Assembly (NCBI GenBank): GCA_951406725.2
Contig: OX597815.1
Span: forward strand, 86,242,001 to 86,306,000
Direction of reading: 5' to 3'
Length of the DNA: 64,000 nucleotides
Source of the DNA: Octopus vulgaris
Taxonomy: Eukaryota
Shown: in pieces, positions 28,112 to 40,869 of the stretch
How positions within the stretch are numbered: the stretch's first letter is position 1
How the letters are laid out: every line of letters starts with the position of its first letter
Translations under genes and position numbers: made by a program
Notes under the pieces: model-generated
What the model was told of the DNA's origin: nothing
Database searches by the model: none
What the model saw: only the letters and a program-made list of their open reading frames with translations

Positions 28112-28284
28112 TGTGTGTATGACGAATACGGAACTGGTACAGCTTCAATGTTTTGTTTTAATTCAACTGTAAATTATAAAGCTTACTTAGTTGAAATGAC
28201 TGAAACGTGTTTCTACTGCCCGTGTTACTATGCCTGGGTGCACTTACGTAACTTCCAAGATACACGTATATATATAAAATATAC

Positions 28285-28341
<57 letters not shown>

Positions 28342-28855
28342 TGTGTGTGCGTTTGTGTGTGTGCATGTATATATATATATACATTTATATATACATATGT
28401 GTGTTTGCATGTATATATATATATATGTATATATGTATCGATATGTTTCTGCTTTGTGTGTGTGAGTGTATGATAAGAGATGAACATGAGAGACAGATTT
28501 TCCTTTCTCAGTCTAAGAAAATACCTTCGGTCAAAGAAAATCTGAAGAACATCGGACAGAAAACCGTTCAAAAAGCTGTAGTGAATCTAAAAAAGAACAT
28601 ATTGATACCAAAAATCAGACTAAATGAAAGAGAGAGAGACGTAGACAGACAGACAGACAGAACAAGAGGGGAAAGGGAATGAAAAGAAAGTAGAGGATGG
28701 TAGAGAAAATAAGTGAGTGAAGAAGAAATCAGCAGAGTACGGAGGTAGACACGAGTAGAATTACAAAGAGAGAAAAAGAAATGATATTGGTAAATTTTGT
28801 ATCTTGTTGATTGGTGGAACATAAATTTAAGATGCGGTAAAAATGAGGAACGAAG

Positions 28856-28934
<79 letters not shown>

Positions 28935-29035
28935 ACTATTCAAAGAAATATGTATATGTATTCATATATATATATATGCATATATATTTACATATATATA
29001 TATACATATTATATGTATATATGTATATATATGTA

Positions 29036-29122
<87 letters not shown>

Positions 29123-29235
29123 TCATACAGAGAGAGAGGGATATATACTCATATATATGAGCATGTGTCTGTCTATGCGTTTGTATTTATGTGCGTGTGT
29201 GTATTATTATAGGTACATACATATAAATATACATG

Positions 29236-29270
<35 letters not shown>

Positions 29271-29485
29271 TTATATATACATACATACAGCTAGACACAG
29301 GCACACACAAGCACACACACGCACACATATACGTATATTTATAGAAATACAGGTTTCTATATATATATATTATTGCTTATGCACAAGTACATTTATAACT
29401 TTATACATATATATATATACATGCACATATATCAGCGCGCGCACACACACACACACACGCACAAACACACACACACATGCACACA

Positions 29486-29541
<56 letters not shown>

Positions 29542-29544
29542 CAT

Positions 29545-29995
29545 ATGGCTCGAGAGAACGGTAGTGTATGAATAGAATACTTGCAGTATTTAGGTGTTTC
29601 CTTGTACATTCGATGTTCAACTTCTGTCAAGGTGAGCTTTTACATTTTATCCCTTTGTAACTCTTTGTAATCCATAAAATAATTTCTGTCGAGTAACGAT
29701 CTTGGAGAAGTTAAATATATACTCCCAGAATATGTATTCCTTGCACCTATATGAGAAACCAGTACGTTAGTGTAAAAAAGGTTAAAAACAAAACAACGAT
29801 GTATAGAAGATACACTAGGCTGACGAGCAAAATATCTTGTCATATTTCAAATCTTCTGACTTCAAAACTTGTTGGTGTTGATTTGCTTTTCATCATATCG
29901 AGGTCGATAAAATATGTACCAGTCAAGTTTTGTGGTCGATATAATTGATTGTACACTCCCTGAATGTGTGGCCTTGAGCTTATGTTGGATATCAA
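29545..29995 (+). mobile_element. Two degraded tandem SINE family B copies
   Basis: cattcgatgttcaacttctgtcaaggtgagcttttacattttatcc and ttgatttgcttttcatcatatcgaggtcgataaaatatgtaccag. Confidence 0.55.
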
Positions 29996-30304
29996 TATGC
30001 TAGTGAAAGAAAGAATGTCGTTTACATTACGATGAATAGTTTACATTCCTTGTATGGCTCGCACTGACGTGCATGTGCGTGTTGTTGTGGTTAGCTCACT
30101 TAGCTTGCGCAGAGACAACCCTTGGAAACAGGAAGAATGTCACTGCATCCTATTTTCCCTCGTCTTTATAAGCACAATATTTTGTCCTAAATATTATTGT
30201 CATTTGTTATCTATTATATTCGTTGTTTACAATGGTAATCAATTGAATTTTATTGAACTGTATCAAGTTTGATCATGACTTGTACGTAAAATGTGCTGAC
30301 TTAA

Positions 30305-30390
<86 letters not shown>

Positions 30391-30969
30391 GTGAGAAAGA
30401 AGAAGAAAGCAACGAAGTCATCCAAAAAGCAGAAAAATAATATCATTAAGTACTACAACTTCAATATAAATGTATTATTCCCTAGGACTGAACTATTTAG
30501 AATTGAATCTAAACTGGGACACGAACAAAACTAAACTCAGACAATAAGTACCTTATAATAAAAAAATCATTGCAATTATCGAGTAGTGTCTGTTAACACT
30601 TTTTAAAAATACATCTCGTATATATTCGTATCATAGACCTTAATAATATATAATATAATTAAGAAGGAAGGAACAAATAATAAAGATGAAATAAAATCAG
30701 TGAATATGTCAAAGTGAAGATGTACGTAAAGATAAAATGCAGATCATACGGTCTTGATGAAAGTGGGTAGAGAGCAATTGAAAATCTCGCTAAATTAATA
30801 AGGGCAGCGACCTCTCATGACCAGAGACATCTATCAGTTTATGGAGAAGGGCCAGTTATGAAGAAAGTGAGCTTATAAAATTAATGTGTGAGGCAAGGCG
30901 ATGAATTGTACTATACTTACAGTGGTTCATGTATTAAGGATTTGTATCTTGATCTACCTGACTGATATA

Positions 30970-31188
30970 TATATTTCTTTATTGCCTACAGGGGGCTAAA
31001 CATATAGGGGACGAACAAATGGTTTAAATCGATTACACCGACCCCACTGCGTAACTAGTACTTATTTAATCGACCCTGAAAGGATGAAAGGCAAAAGTCG
31101 ACCTCGGCGGAGTTTGAACCCAGAACGTAACAACAGACGAAATACAGCTAAGCATTTCGCCCGGCGTGCTAACGATTCTGCCAGCTCA
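30970..31188 (-). mobile_element. SINE family B (tRNA head plus Meta-domain-like core), full length with 16-bp TSD
   Basis: Minus strand gagctggcagaatcgttagcacgccgggcg...gggttcaaactccgccgaggtcgacttttgcctttcatcc...gtcgattaaataagtact; TSD ctacctgactgatata at 30954-30969 and 31189-31204. Confidence 0.92.
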
Positions 31189-31583
31189 CTACCTGACTGA
31201 TATAGGCGTGCTTTGATGCTGGCACCAAAGTCTTTCATAGATTGTTAACTTTGTAATTCTTGTACCGGAAGAAAGACCATCGGAAGATCAATGTTTTTTT
31301 AAGTAGCAGTTACAAGTATGCATATGATATAGCATGTTTTATATTCTTGACATTTTGGACACTAATCAAGGAAACGCAACCTCATACTAAAATGACTACT
31401 TTCCTTGTACACGCTGTAGATGTTTCGTCATAAAAGCTCAGGTTTGATTTAGTTTAAATTTCTGAAAGGTAATTACCTTTTTGTCTCTTATTTATATTTC
31501 AATGTTTTAATACCATGTAGCAAAAAACTAAGATGGCTTCTTACACGTTGAATTTAAATATAGGCATTAGACACAAAGGATGT

Positions 31584-32040
31584 CTTTTATCTTTTAGTGG
31601 AGTCAGTCACTAGACTGCAGCCATGCCGGGCACAGTCTTGCAGAGTTCCTAGTTAAATGAATCGACCCCAGTACATATTTTTAAGTGTGATACTTATGCT
31701 ATCGGTTCTCTTTTCGTTGAGCCGCTAATTTATGTGGACGTAAACAACTCTACTGATTGTGAAGCGGTGGTGGGGGTCCAAACAGAGACGCAAAAACACG
31801 CACATACACACACGCTTGTACACACACACACACACACACTCTTATACACACATATATACATACATGTGTGTGTGACTATACAACGGGCTTCTTTTAGTTT
31901 CCGTCTACCAAATATACTCACAAGTATTTGGACGGGCCGAACCTATAGTAGAAGACATTTATCCGGGTGTCACACAGTGGGACTGAAACCGGAACCGTGT
32001 GGTTGGGAAATAAACCACGTACGACACAGCCAAGCCTGTG
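31584..32040 (-). mobile_element. SINE family A, full length
   Basis: Collinear with 36721-37147; internal (CA)n; 3' stem-loop cagtc-acta-gactg at 31604-31617. Confidence 0.88.
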
Positions 32041-32249
32041 TCTTAAGGAAAAACATTAGTCAATGTCAGATGAGGCTTGGACCCACATTTGATGTCTAAA
32101 TTTTGAGATGTGGACTTCAGTTGTGCCTGTTTTTTTATCTCTCACATACTTCTTTTTCATTGTTTAAATTGCGTTCGTGGCAAAAAATTCATTAGACCCA
32201 AAATGCATACCTTTGAACTGCAGACTAGATCTCTCACCTGTTTTAACAC

Positions 32250-32780
32250 AACATCATCATTGTTCGACCGTGGTCGAGACAATGGAATTTACTATGTTAC
32301 GCCAGACTTCACGGTCCATCATAGTATTACGGAGATCCTGTTGCTGGATGCCTGTATCCCTGGAGATTACATCAGGGTAGGAGAGTGTGCGCCCTCTGGT
32401 ATCACGAGCAGATGGCTTCCACAGGAGAAGAGCTATAAATTACCCCGTTTTCAGCTCTACAACAATGCCCGGCAAATTGGACTCTTCTACCTTTCACAAG
32501 AGATGATACAGGTGGTAATTTACCATATATTTGTACTTTGGTTGGATGACGCTTCCACGAGAGATTTTGAGCTCTCATAAGGAGGCTAGTGTAAGTTCCA
32601 TCCAACCGCCTCTCAAGCTTCTTTGATAACGTCCAGTTTTCTGAGCCATATAGTAGAATTGGTTCGACTGGCTTTGAAGATTTTGAGTTTGAAATCTCTA
32701 CTTAGATTTGATGACCAGATCTTATGCATATCCTTACAGGCTGACCAGGCCATACCCTTTCTAGTTAGAAAATCTTTTTT
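32250..32780 (-). mobile_element. RTE-group LINE 3' end (second family)
   Basis: DFLTRKGMAWSACKDMHKIWSS...EPILLYGSENWTLSKKLERRLDGTYTSLLMRAQNLSWKRHP...RRVQFAGHC...MMDREVWR across frameshifts; tgatgatg tail. Confidence 0.82.
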
Positions 32781-32921
32781 AACACTACAGCCTTTCCCTT
32801 AAGCTTTAGCAGATTCTAAATTTTTATAAACATTTGATATGAACTTTTGGGGTCATGTTGTCCTCACTAGTTCCAGAATAGTACTGGCACTACTTCTCCG
32901 CTGCTTATTAATCCATAAAAT

Positions 32922-33137
32922 TTCTCTTTACTATAGGCAAAAGGCCTGATATATGTTGGGGAGTGGGAAGATCGATTACATCGACCCTTGGGTCCAACTG
33001 GAACTTATTTGTTTTATCCTGAAAGGAATGGAAGGCAAGGTCGACCTCAGCGGAATTTGAACTTAAAACGTAAAGCCGGAAGAAATGCCGCGAAACATTT
33101 TATCCAGCGTACTTATGATTATGCAAGCTCGCTGCCA
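32922..33137 (-). mobile_element. SINE family B, full length with imperfect TSD
   Basis: gattacatcgacc...gaaggcaaggtcgacctcagcggaatttgaac...agctcgctgcc; flanks tattaatccataaaat / tattaatttataaaat. Confidence 0.85.
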
Positions 33138-34254
33138 TATTAATTTATAAAATATAAAAAACTCTAATGTAAATATATCAAAATCAATAATAAACATTAT
33201 TCACAAAAATATTCATTAAAATTTTCATTATATATGCGCTAAAATCAAATAATAAGTATGGAAATTGAAACAGGTTGCATATGGTGTTTGATCAACAGCC
33301 AAAGTTTGTCTTGAAAATGGTCTTCAAATAAATAAATGTAGATTTACCTTTATTACACATTTTCATGTGGTCTGTATAAATATTCTACTTAATTACGTGG
33401 GCGACTAATTGATTTTATATGGTGATGAGCCATGTGTGATGTAAAGCGATTAAAATTACTACGTATTTTGTACTCGAAATATAAGGCTGATGGGCAATAA
33501 TTGCTCAGAAGCAGATTTGTAAGATTTGCAATTATTGTTCCGTTTACTTAAAAGGACAATAGCATGTTTCAACATCATGTAAAATCTAATGCTTGGAAAT
33601 CAAATAGGTGTAGATTTATTTATGTAGCAAATATTTCAGGTCTACACACGTAAAACACACAGTGACGCCCGCACGCGCGCGCAGAGCTAGCGTGTTTCTC
33701 GTTGCTCGGAGGTATTGTAGAGCTATTAGCTTAAATAGGTGCCTTGTCCCAAGTACACTTAGCACCTCTCCATCAAAGGATACACCAGAGCGGAAGCTAA
33801 AATCAGTAGGTTAACTTCATCTATGGAGCTGCAAGCAATACCAGATATTGGTTAATTATAAATGTGCATGTGTGTCTTAGGATCCTGACCTCCATAGTTT
33901 TTGTAAGTGTTTACCGAAGCACCCGTTTGAAACCTCTCGGCAAATTAATTCCAAAGTAGCAGGAGTTTATTATCATAGTAAGAATGATTTGAGCGACCAG
34001 ACTTGCTCACCTGTTCTCGCTCGGTTGCAACAACTACCACGAATGTTATAATGATGCAGGATACGCATGGACAGTTATAGAGCTGAAAGGTGTCTTCTGC
34101 CATGGAGCCTTTCGGGTTTCCCTGAGTGACCTTCCGGAAGCAATTCCGTAACATACTGATATATATATATTTAGACATATACATACACACATACATACAT
34201 ATATATATATATACATATATACATACATATATATCCAAATATACATATGTATAA

Positions 34255-35661
34255 ATATTCTCTAATTTCACTGGTCCCACTCCTGAACTATATGGTCGTT
34301 ATATTGACGACATTATCGGTGCCACCTCACTCTCCCGCGAACATCTAGATTCCTTCCTCTCTTTCGTCCAATCTTTCCATCCAGCCCTCCACTTCACTTC
34401 CACTATCTCCAACACCTCTGTCTCCTTCCTCGACATTTCGGTTAGCATTCTTCACTCCACTCTTACCACCTCCATTCACTACAAACACACAGACTCACAC
34501 TCCTACCTCAACTTCTCTTCCTCCCACCCAGAACACACCAAGCTTTCCATCCCCTATTCCCAATTCCTCCGTCTACGTAGGCTCTGTAGTGACGACTATG
34601 ACTTTGAGACTCAGTCTCAACGTATGGCTCACCACTTCACCCTACGTGGATACCCCCTCACCACTATCCACACCGCCCTTGCCAGAGCACGGTCCGTGGA
34701 CCGTGTATCTGCTCTCTCTCCCCGAACCCGCCCTGTAGTCTCCCGCCTCCCTTTTCCCCTCACTTACCACCCCACGACCCTACGTCTCCAACGCACCATT
34801 CTTCGAGCTTTCCGTCATCTCCAGTCCGACCCGTCCACTTCACACCTCTTCCCTAACCGACCCCTCCCCTCTTTCAAACGAGCCCACAACCTTCGAGACC
34901 TTTTGGTCCATAGCTCCTTCCCTGACCCTACCTCCCAACCCGGCTCGTTCCCCTGCTCCCGCCCACGTTGCCGCACTTGCCCTTACCTCTCCAACACCAC
35001 CCGCCTCACTAGCACCCACCATCGACCCTATCCCATCATCCACTCCTTCACCTGCACCTCCAGCAATATTATCTATTGCATCTCTTGCTCCCTCTGCAAT
35101 TCCTTGTACATCGGACAAACGGGACGCCGCTTGGCTGACCGGTTCGCGGAACACCTTCGTGACATCCACCTTGCGAACGACACACCGGTCTCACGCCATT
35201 TCCGCTCCACCGGTCACTCCTTGCAACACCTATCTGTGTTCGGTTTGTCCTTACACAGAGGCCATCCGGATTCCCGTTTGCGCCGTGAACAGGAATTAAT
35301 CTTCTCTCTTCGCTCTTATACGCCATTTGGTCTCAACTCCCCCCCTCCTCATCTAACCCCCTCTCCCCCCTCCTCACCTATCCTTTCTCCCCCCGACCCC
35401 TACTTCTTCAGTCCTTCATCCTTTCACCCCTACTCCCCTTCCCTTCTTCCCTCTTTCTCCCTCCCTCTTCCCCTTCCCTCTGCTCCCTCACTCCCTCTCT
35501 CCCCTTCTCTCTCCCCCTCTCCCTCTTTCCTCCTTCATCCCCCTCATCCCCTTCCTTCTCCCCCATCCTCTCCTCTCCCCCTTCTCCTCCCCCTCTTCTT
35601 CCCCTCCCCTTCTCTCCCCCTCTTCTCCCCCTCCCCCTCTTCTCCTCACTACACTACATGA
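34255..35661 (+). CDS. Neptune-type Penelope-like element ORF, 5'-truncated: RT motifs 5-7, thumb, Cys linker and GIY-YIG endonuclease; low-complexity read-through after about 35340
   Basis: Stop-free frame 34255-35661: YGRYIDDI, SFLDISV, IHYKHTDSHSYLNFSSSHP, SIPYSQFLRLRRLCS, RGYP, CSRPRCRTC, NIIYCISCSLCNSLYIGQTGRRLADRFAEH, REQELIFSL...GLN. Confidence 0.93.
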   Translation: MFSNFTGPTPELYGRYIDDIIGATSLSREHLDSFLSFVQSFHPALHFTSTISNTSVSFLDISVSILHSTLTTSIHYKHTDSHSYLNFSSSHPEHTKLSIPYSQFLRLRRLCSDDYDFETQSQRMAHHFTLRGYPLTTIHTALARARSVDRVSALSPRTRPVVSRLPFPLTYHPTTLRLQRTILRAFRHLQSDPSTSHLFPNRPLPSFKRAHNLRDLLVHSSFPDPTSQPGSFPCSRPRCRTCPYLSNTTRLTSTHHRPYPIIHSFTCTSSNIIYCISCSLCNSLYIGQTGRRLADRFAEHLRDIHLANDTPVSRHFRSTGHSLQHLSVFGLSLHRGHPDSRLRREQELIFSLRSYTPFGLNSPPPHLTPSPPSSPILSPPDPYFFSPSSFHPYSPSLLPSFSLPLPLPSAPSLPLSPSLSPSPSFLLHPPHPLPSPPSSPLPLLLPLFFPSPSLPLFSPSPSSPHYTT

Positions 35662-35927
35662 CTTTACACATCACATCACATATGATGTGCCATACTAATA
35701 CACACACCAACTAATACATACTAATACGTACTAATACATACTAGTACATACTAATACTTACACCAACCCTATACATACACACGTCCAGACCCGCATACGC
35801 ACTTATATACTCTCTCACACACACACACAGACACCTATACATACCAATACGTACTAATACATACTAATACATACACCAACCCCATACATACGCACGTCCA
35901 GACCAATCTTACGCACTAATACTCTCT

Positions 35928-35962
<35 letters not shown>

Positions 35963-36194
35963 ATACATACTAATACATACACCAACCCTATACATACACA
36001 CATCCAGACCCCTCCCACGCACTTTTAGCTGGTCCCTCAACCCTTTTATCAACCCTATTATCTCCCCTTATTTCGCTCTCGCGTCTCATGTTTGATCTTT
36101 GACCTCTGGCCGAAATCAGATCGCCATGTTGATTCGTTAGCTACTGCACGCATTTTTTTCTCTCCTTCTTTCTGTGTTTTTCTCTCTCTGTGTA

Positions 36195-36232
36195 TCTTTC
36201 TGTTGAAGAGCGTAGGCTCGAAACGTTAAAGA
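36195..36232 (+). ncRNA. Minimal type I hammerhead ribozyme-like motif (variant core CUGUUGA)
   Basis: tcttt-CTGTTGA-a-gagc(gtag)gctc-GAAA-cg-tt-aaaga: stem I tcttt/aaaga, 4-bp stem II, loopless palindromic stem III. Confidence 0.7.
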
Positions 36233-36379
36233 CTTGTTTTATCTATATTTCCTGAGCGCCATACTAATACAATTGTTCGTTTGTTTTCCACCTGCCTTCG
36301 TCTTTTGTTTATTTTCATAAAGCCTCCCGTTATATATACATATCTACACACACACACACACACACACTCATACACCCCA

Positions 36380-36435
<56 letters not shown>

Positions 36436-36720
36436 GATAAAAAGAAAACGGACAGTCTTAACAGATAAACATCGGTTTATTAATATATTGTCAATTCTCC
36501 ATTACCTACAATTGTTTCAATACCCAACTCATTCAAATTACAAATTAATAAATTACAATTGCATTTTGAAAATACCGAGTTAAATATTTCTAGAGGGTGA
36601 GAAATCGACATAAAAGGAATCACATTTTAATTAATCGGGTGATCATCAACAGACTCAGCATATCAACATTCATTTATCTATATGTGCGTGTGCCTGATAA
36701 TATTTTAAGAACGTTAACAT

Positions 36721-36898
36721 AGGCGTAGGAGTGGCTCTGTGATAAATAGTTTGCTTACGAACAACATGGTTCCGGATTCAGTCCCACTACGAGGTACCTC
36801 GGGCATGTGTCTTGTACTATAGCCTCGGGGCGACCAAAGCCTTGTGAGTTGATTTGTTAGACGGAAACTGAAAGAAGCCCGTCGTATATATGTATATA

Positions 36899-36935
<37 letters not shown>

Positions 36936-37147
36936 GTCTGTGTGTCTGTGTTTGTCCCCCCCAACATCGCTTGACAACCGATGCTAGTGAGTTTACGTCC
37001 CCGTAACTTAACGGTTCGGCAAGAGGCCGATAGAATAAATACTAGGCTTACAAAGAATAAGTCCTGGGGTTGATTTGCTCGACTAAAGGCGATGATCCAT
37101 CATGGCCACCGTGAAATGACAGAAACAGGTAAAAGAGTAAAGGAGTA
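36721..37147 (+). mobile_element. SINE family A, best-preserved full-length copy (tRNA head, CORE-like segment, internal TA/TG microsatellite, LINE-like tail)
   Basis: A-box-like gtggctctgtgataa, B-box-like ggattcagtccc, cctcgggcatgtgtctt, tail catggccac...gaaacaggtaaaagagtaaaggag. Confidence 0.92.
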
Positions 37148-37182
37148 TACATATATACACACACATACATGTATATATATCA

Positions 37183-37229
<47 letters not shown>

Positions 37230-37504
37230 CATATATATATATATACACACATCTTGTATTCACACGTTCTCCAGACCATGTTGTGTAGAGCAGTATACCT
37301 GCATCCCGAATGCATGCGACTGATATGCATACATTATATTGATTATCGATTTTTCTCCTTTGAATTTGTATTTTATAACCTTGAATACAGATTAAATTGT
37401 AATGAAGTTTTAATGTGAATTTCATGTATAAAATATAGTAAAATACCTATGTACTTTGTTTTTGTTACTTATATAATTTTTGTGATATCAGTTTTGTGAC
37501 AAGT

Positions 37505-37560
37505 GTGATGCAGGTTCTATAGCTTTTGTCACGTGATGCAGGCTCTATAGCTCATGTCAC
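37505..37560 (+). repeat. 28-bp tandem duplication
   Basis: gtgatgcaggttctatagcttttgtcac / gtgatgcaggctctatagctcatgtcac. Confidence 0.85.
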
Positions 37561-37899
37561 GTTGTAATTCATCACCAGTAGCATCGGAGATGATTTTTAA
37601 CTCTGGTTTAGTAGATACCTTCAGTCACTTTACTACCCTCGATGTATTGCTCTAACTGAAATGATACCTTACTTGTATACATGATTGCACGGCAGTTTCT
37701 CCCAACTATCCGCACAAATACTTCCAACACATATTTTGTAAGAGACGTACAGAAGAAATAAATCTAACCTTCTGTGTGCAGACAGGTTAGTCATTTAAAA
37801 TGCCGTGGTAATTCATAGTTTTAGGTATTTTAAAATAATCTTTTAGCTAAATGCTTCTATCAATCAGATAGTTGGGGTTTACTTTTAATCAAATAACAC

Positions 37900-39450
37900 A
37901 TCACTTGCGCATCAATGATTTATATTCTCCCATCCCTCTTGCTTCGGTTTGTGCATCAATAACAAGGCTGCACATACATTTAAAGGCCAGTGTTCGTACA
38001 GTGTCATTTATGGAGATCTGTTTCAAATTTGGATGATATCCTCTGAATCCTCTTTCTTTTTCGTTTTTCATTTTAAAAATATTTGTTTGAAAACTATCGA
38101 TTTGCTCTGAGAAATTCGAAGTTTAAAATAATCGAAAATGTTTTTAAACATGGAAACGGCTTCACCAAAAGCTCCTGAAGTTATAAAATCTTGCGGTACG
38201 AGGAATATTTATGTATGATTCAGAACCAGGACTTATATGTTTGCAGTGAATTAATTTGGACGAGGCAAGTTGAAAGAAGTGCAATGATATTCTAAACTTT
38301 GACGTTTTTATGTGTCATTTGGCATAAAATTCGTATAACGAGAATGCACAAAGGCTCGTGTAAGAAAATGTTTCATTAGCTGCAGCAGATGAACAGAAAT
38401 TATATTTGAGCTTCAAGAAACTATATTGTTTGAAGAAAAGAAAAGGTTTAGCAGATTTTTAAAAGCAAACAGTTGATGAAAGTTCGGGCATCTCAGCCAA
38501 CACGTGTCTTATTCTGTTCTGAGTATGAAAGGTATTTTTATTGGTATAGTTCAGTAGCGAGTGTACATGATTTTCGATTGTTTTAGCGATCATCAGTTTT
38601 GTAATGTGAAAACTCAGGCTCTTCACCGTAAAAGTTTGATATTTACATCAGATGATGCAACAGTAATAATGGGTAGAATTTATGGACTGAATCAAGATAC
38701 TCTACATTTAGTTGAGCAACACATTACTAAAGGGGATTTGTGATGAACAGAAACAAATATAACTAAAAAACAACAAAAATTTTGACACTGTTATGAAAAC
38801 AATCTGTACTAAGTTTTCTCGATATTAGTCAATAGACACAGATATAAAGAAATCGCTTAGTACTCTACGATGTAACTTCTGACTTTTTCCCACTTAATGA
38901 AATCATACCTTGCATTGCAAGGTATTGCAGTAAAAAGATATAAGGCATGCATCACATACTTTGAAGACATGTCATGCTCATGTATTTAAATACTGTCGCA
39001 GGAAATTCATGACATTATATACAAAGTAGATTTAAAGATCTAATTGATCCCTTAAAGGACTAATTGTGCTATTCAATATTATAGAAAAAGAAGTGGTTTA
39101 ACGATTGAATCGCTTCATTTTTGCGGGAAGCAAAAATTAACAGAACAAATAAACCGTATCTAGGAGACTATGTTCCATAATATGATGAAGTTAAAGCCTT
39201 GCTACGATACTAATAAGAACAAAATAAAACAAAATCTGCATTTGTAGCTATGTCGAAAATCTTTCAGAACAGATGTCACAAGACTGGTCAACATTTGATT
39301 TATCCTCAATTGCAGATTGTGACTTCGAACTTTCTGGCGAATTTCATATATATAAAATAATCATTTATTAGCTGAAAATACTACAATAATTAGCTAGTTA
39401 AATGGTTTAAAATTTTCTGGGTCATAAAGAAAAAAAAAAGGACCCCTGAA
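37900..39450 (+). pseudogene. Heavily degraded hAT-superfamily transposase
   Basis: TVDESSGISANTCLIL (about 38469, DEST-D motif) and FTSDDATVIMGRIYGL (about 38642, SDGA..M.G motif); many stops; boundaries approximate. Confidence 0.6.
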
Positions 39451-39857
39451 ATTCAAAATGATTTCAAACTTTGCTCAAATTAGTTTGGCGTTTTAGTAAA
39501 CAAAATGGCCTGTAGGGGAACTTGTTTTATGTTAGGTGCGGACATGTAGCGAAAATTTAGGCAAATGAATCCACCCAGAAAACAAGTCGATGAATGTCAT
39601 TTCGATATGGTAATCAGAATCTATGAATTGGATAGACGTGTTATTAGTCGTGAGAGAGTTGGATAAATGCCAATGAAAGGAGGAGAGAAAGTAGAATAAT
39701 TGACTGAAATATGTATGTTATTCTGTGGAGTGTTATGCCAAAATTTTGTAAAGCAACATAAGCTATACTATTGACGAAGATATTCACATTAAGCATGTGG
39801 GTAGGTTTTTCAAACTGCTTTGTAATTAAATGAGTTTTGCTGTAACCATTTCCAACA

Positions 39858-39932
<75 letters not shown>

Positions 39933-40869
39933 GCCTATGAATTGATGAATGTTATTGTTAATGATTTATTACCACATTGCATCACATAAAATAAGAAATA
40001 ACCATTGATGTTTTATTTAATGACACAACAAACTGAACAAAGTAGTTTAAAGTATAGAATAAAACTCAACTAAACACGTTACTTTGTAGAATCATAATGC
40101 TGTATAAAATTAAAAGGCAAAGAGCGGCAAAAGCCTCACATCAGCACCCCTTCAGACAAAATACCCGTTTTTGAGCATTTGTTTCATTAAAAATGAAACA
40201 TAAAATATTATAAGGAATTTTAAATAAAGAAAAACATTGAATTTTTATAAGCATTTTGAATTTTGTTTTAATAAAAATGTATAAAAATTTAATATGATTT
40301 TTCTTTTTTAAAGCATTCCTAAACATCTATAAGCCTAGAGTAGTTTCAATATATTTATTTTATAGAAATTTCTAAATTCAATTTCGATATGCTTCCTTTA
40401 AAATAATTTTCGTGCAAGTGTCGGTGGGGGTTTCATCAAGCCCTCATTAAAAGATTTTCAGTTCAGTTTTATTAGCATCATGTACTGAAATTCCCTTCAC
40501 AAGATTTCCAGTTTACATTTACACAAGCATTCAGTATACTCATATTTTGGTCACAAAATTACACAACATACGACTTTTGTGCACAAATTGTAAAAAATTA
40601 GAATAAACATAGGGGAGACTATTTTCAAAAGTCTTTCACTGCTGTATTGGGTAATAAGAGTAGAATTAACGTGTGAAATAATAGACAATTTTAGATATAC
40701 GAACATACACACAAAATGATTCATGTATGGTAGTCTTTTGTAGTCCGGCAAATACTGTCCTGCCGTTTCTTGCTGATAAACTCAGACAAATAATTTGTTT
40801 TCAGTGATCAAATGTTTGTACTGTACATTCCCGCTAACAAATCGATTTTCCTTGAAGTAATGCATGGTG

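Larger units (their letters stand above)
34255..36333 (+). mobile_element. Penelope-like retroelement (young, 5'-truncated) with CT-rich tract, tandem repeats and hammerhead-bearing 3' terminus, within TA-rich microsatellite
   Basis: ORF above, pyrimidine tract 35340-35650, imperfect 105-115 bp repeats at 35740-36030, hammerhead at 36195-36232, terminus shared with 3972-4047. Confidence 0.9.

Noticed and set aside
32110-32580. 156-aa plus-strand ORF
   Set aside because: Antisense to the RTE-group LINE fragment.
35340-35661. Pro/Ser-rich protein tail of the PLE ORF
   Set aside because: Read-through into a CT-rich low-complexity tract after the usual GLN end motif; unlikely to be a real domain.
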